From Ignavibacteriota bacterium (GTDB lineage: Bacteria > Bacteroidota > Ignavibacteria > Ignavibacteriales > Melioribacteraceae): 64,000 nucleotides of DNA. Below are positions 61,335 through 64,000 of this stretch, in pieces. Under the pieces are notes generated by a model that did not search any database, was not told the DNA's origin, and was given only the letters and a program-made list of their open reading frames with translations. The stretch covers positions 2,845 to 66,844 of the forward strand of contig JADJOX010000002.1 in the NCBI GenBank assembly GCA_016713565.1. Reading direction: 5' to 3'. Within the stretch, counting starts at the first letter, position 1. Every line of letters starts with the position of its first letter. Position numbers and translations under genes: made by a program.

Positions 61335-62738
61335 TTGTCTACAGATAAAATAAATATTAAAGATCATATAATTGAAGCGCTTAGCGATGCCGATTTAAGA
61401 AAGGCGGTATATAAAGCAACCGCGTCCACTTCTGTTAGCAGATTAAACACGACTGAGGCAATTCCTTATTGGGAAGAATGCCGAGTTAAAACACATTGTA
61501 TTAAAAAAGATGTTATTGAAAATCTTGATAAATATTTAGAGCTCTTTGAAAAAAACGCGAAGAATAACGGAATTAACATTCATTGGGCAATAGACGGAAA
61601 TGATGCTAAAAATATTCTCAGCGAAATAGCGAAAAAAAATAATGTTAAAACTATTGTAAAATCAAAATCATTAACGACAGAAGAAATTCACCTAAATGAA
61701 TTTTTAATCGGTAATAATATTGATACCGTTGAAACAGATCTTGGTGAATATATTGTTCAGCTTAATGATCAAGTACCCTCACATTTGGTTGCACCTGCTT
61801 TGCATCTAAGCAGAACGGACATTGGAAAATTATTTAAGGACAAACTTAACGTTCCTTTTACCGATGTACCGGAAGAACTTTTACTTATTGCCAGAAAAAA
61901 ATTAAGAGAGAAATTCCTCAGCGCGGAAATGAGTATTACAGGAGTGAACTTCGCGTTTGCCGAAAACGGATCATTTTGTGTGGTTGAAAATGAAGCTAAC
62001 GCTCATTTGAGTTTAAGTTTGCCGCAAGTTCATGTCGCCGTAATGGGAATTGAAAAATTGCTGCCCAGCATTGATGAACTTCCGTATTTCTTAAAACTTC
62101 TTGCGCCAAGCGCTACCGGACAAAAATCATCATCTTATGTAAATTTTATAGGCGGACCAAGTTTGCAAAAGTATAACGAAGGTCCTAAAGAAGTTCACGT
62201 AATTTTATTAGATAACGGAAGATCAAAAATTCTTGCTGATCCTAAATTAAGAGAGACATTATATTGCATAAGATGCGGAGCTTGTTTAAATGTATGTCCG
62301 GTTTATCAGCAAATTGGCGGTCATGCTTATGATTGGACTTACATGGGTCCAATAGGAATTACACTTATTCCCCAGTATTTAGGTGAAATTGAAGGAAAAG
62401 ACGCGCCGTTTTTATCGAGTCTTTGCGGCGCTTGCGCCGATGTTTGTCCAGTTAAAATTAAACTCCCTCAACATATTTTGGAATTAAGAAAAAATGTCGT
62501 TCAAAAAAATAAATCTAAAATTTTTGAAAAATTTGCGATGAAGACTTGGATCGCGGTTTCAACTCATCCAAAACTTTACAGATTATTTAGTTGGAAAATT
62601 AAAAAATTGCAGAGCTTTATACCCGTTGAATATCTCAAATTACCGGGATATCATAAAAAGAGAAGTTTCCCCGGAATTGATAAAAAGGGATTTAGAGAAC
62701 AATATTATCAAATGAAAAAAAATAATAATGAGCAGTAG
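61335..62738 (+). CDS. lutB: Lactate utilization protein B (4Fe-4S ferredoxin-type subunit), TTG start
   Basis: 467 aa with a LUD-type N-terminal domain. CIRCGACLNVCPVY and CGACADVCPVKI are the two Cys clusters. Confidence 0.85.
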   Translation: MSTDKINIKDHIIEALSDADLRKAVYKATASTSVSRLNTTEAIPYWEECRVKTHCIKKDVIENLDKYLELFEKNAKNNGINIHWAIDGNDAKNILSEIAKKNNVKTIVKSKSLTTEEIHLNEFLIGNNIDTVETDLGEYIVQLNDQVPSHLVAPALHLSRTDIGKLFKDKLNVPFTDVPEELLLIARKKLREKFLSAEMSITGVNFAFAENGSFCVVENEANAHLSLSLPQVHVAVMGIEKLLPSIDELPYFLKLLAPSATGQKSSSYVNFIGGPSLQKYNEGPKEVHVILLDNGRSKILADPKLRETLYCIRCGACLNVCPVYQQIGGHAYDWTYMGPIGITLIPQYLGEIEGKDAPFLSSLCGACADVCPVKIKLPQHILELRKNVVQKNKSKIFEKFAMKTWIAVSTHPKLYRLFSWKIKKLQSFIPVEYLKLPGYHKKRSFPGIDKKGFREQYYQMKKNNNEQ

Positions 62739-63408
62739 AGAAAAAATATTATCGCAAGTTAAATCCGCGTTGCGGACAAAATCTCATGAAGAAGAAAGCA
62801 AAATCACTATTGATGAACTGCTGAAATCAAAAATTAATTTAACTGTTAAAACTAATAAAAATGATTTAATCTCTCAATTTCAAACTGAAATAAAAAAAGT
62901 AAATGGAGATTCTATTGTTGTTAAAAGTAATTTGGAAGCATCAAATAAAATAAATGAAATATTAATTGAAGCTAAAGAAAATCAAATCGCAATAACCGAT
63001 CAAAATATTTGCACTGAAGTAAGATTAAATATACAAAAAGGTAATTCCAATCTTCAATTTATAATCGCTAATAACTTGGATTCTAAAGAACGTAAAGAAA
63101 AAATCAGTCAATTGAAAACGGCAATTGTGCAAGCCGATTATGCGGTTTCTGAAATTGCACAATTAGTATTTTTATACGACAATTCAAAAACCAGCTATCC
63201 GCATTTTCTTTGCGATTTTGTAATTGCGTTGGTTAAAGTTAGTAATTTAATGCCTAATCAATTTACACTATTTGAAAAAATTGACAAAGTAAAAGCATTA
63301 AATATGGTACTTGTCACCGGACCAAGCCGCACCGCGGATATTGAAAAAGTTTTGGTACTTGGAGCGCATGGTCCAAGAAAATTGATTGTAATTCTAATTG
63401 ATGAATAA
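62728..63408 (+). CDS. lutC: Lactate utilization protein C (LUD domain)
   Basis: 226 aa. It overlaps lutB by 11 nt. The size and position fit the third lut gene, and it carries ...AIVQADYAVSEIAQLV...VTGPSRTADIEKVLVLGAHGP. Confidence 0.7.
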   Translation: MSSREKILSQVKSALRTKSHEEESKITIDELLKSKINLTVKTNKNDLISQFQTEIKKVNGDSIVVKSNLEASNKINEILIEAKENQIAITDQNICTEVRLNIQKGNSNLQFIIANNLDSKERKEKISQLKTAIVQADYAVSEIAQLVFLYDNSKTSYPHFLCDFVIALVKVSNLMPNQFTLFEKIDKVKALNMVLVTGPSRTADIEKVLVLGAHGPRKLIVILIDE

Positions 63409-63439
63409 AAAAAATTTACAATAAAGATTTGAGTAATTG

Positions 63440-64000
63440 ATGAAAGAAAAAAAATTCTTAGCCATTGATTTTGGTGCCGAAAGCGGCAGGGCAATAGTTG
63501 GAATTTTAAAGAATAATAAAATAAGTTTAGTAGAGGTACATCGATTCCCGAATAAACCGGTAAATGTTCTTGGCTCACTTAACTGGAACATTTTAGATTT
63601 ATTCGACGAGTTGAAAAATGGAATTTTAAAAGCTGTTCAAAATGGGCATGATGATATTAAAAGCATTGCGGTCGATACTTGGGGAGTCGATTTTGGTTTA
63701 TTGTCAAAAGATGATCATTTAATTGGATTTCCTTTTGCTTATCGAGATGCAAGAACCAACGGCATGTTGGAAAAGGCATTTAAACTTATGCCTAAAAATG
63801 AAATATATGATTATACCGGGATTCAGTTCATGCAAATAAATTCGGCGTTTCAATTGTTAAGCATGAAATTAAAAAAAGACACACAATTAAAAGCTGCGGA
63901 TAAACTTTTATTTATGCCGGATCTTTTTAACTTTTTACTTACAGGTAAGAAAAAATCTGAATATACAATTTCTTCAACCTCGCAATTACTGAATGCGAAA
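63440..64000 (+). CDS. rhaB: Rhamnulokinase (FGGY carbohydrate kinase), 5' part; runs off the window end
   Basis: My own translation: MKEKKFLAIDFGAESGRAIVG...FPNKPV...WNILDLFDELKNGI...IAVDTWGVDFGLL...FAYRDARTNGM...YTGIQFMQINSAFQL.... Open to position 64000. It is not in the ORF track because no stop codon lies in the window. Confidence 0.8.
   Translation, partial: MKEKKFLAIDFGAESGRAIVGILKNNKISLVEVHRFPNKPVNVLGSLNWNILDLFDELKNGILKAVQNGHDDIKSIAVDTWGVDFGLLSKDDHLIGFPFAYRDARTNGMLEKAFKLMPKNEIYDYTGIQFMQINSAFQLLSMKLKKDTQLKAADKLLFMPDLFNFLLTGKKKSEYTISSTSQLLNAK

Noticed and set aside
63258-63591. Minus-strand ORFs 63258-63578 and 63394-63591 spanning the lutC-rhaB junction.
   Set aside because: The plus strand encodes the lutC 3' end and a clear rhamnulokinase N-terminus (AIDFGAESGR..., DTWGVDFGLL). 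The minus-strand translations have no recognisable features.

Overview
Strongly AT-rich bacterial chromosomal segment (about 30% G+C by eye, not computed). A T9SS (Por) C-terminal sorting domain, lipoprotein-rich glycan genes and a membrane pyrophosphatase suggest the FCB group, perhaps Ignavibacteria-like; this is a low-confidence inference. The window has three blocks. (1) Positions 1-23.5 kb hold a surface-polysaccharide (O-antigen/EPS) locus: FnlA/CapE-type dehydratase, UDP-GlcNAc 2-epimerase, RmlD-like reductase, several GT-B glycosyltransferases, Wzy-like polymerase, MOP flippase, a small phosphoglycosyl transferase, a CapD/PglF-type dehydratase, two paralogous Wzi-like outer-membrane proteins, an SLBB export protein and a Wzc-type BY-kinase. 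Most of these genes are broken by frame breaks, and the first 4.4 kb has no intact gene. (2) Positions 23.5-29.4 kb hold small hypothetical genes and a NarL/LuxR-type two-component system. The kinase carries an in-frame TAA, and the system is flanked by shared TACTTA-hexamer elements. (3) Positions 29.4-64 kb hold largely intact carbohydrate catabolism genes. First comes a LacI-controlled locus with a GH94 phosphorylase, GH2, two DUF3131/GH144-like enzymes, an ABC importer, an uncharacterised 1049-aa discoidin/(alpha/alpha)6 protein and two esterases. This is followed by a K+-dependent-type membrane pyrophosphatase, a CBM9-like protein and a GH38. Last is a fucose/rhamnose-type bacterial microcompartment operon: fucU, a 230-aa unknown protein, acylating aldehyde dehydrogenase, one BMC-H, class II aldolase, ackA, lutABC and rhaB. 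The most interesting item is this microcompartment operon, which has a single shell gene, three encapsulation-peptide-like helices and an unassigned 230-aa candidate cargo protein. I saw no rRNA, tRNA, CRISPR array, transposase or integrase. All family assignments rest on motif recognition by eye, not on searches.
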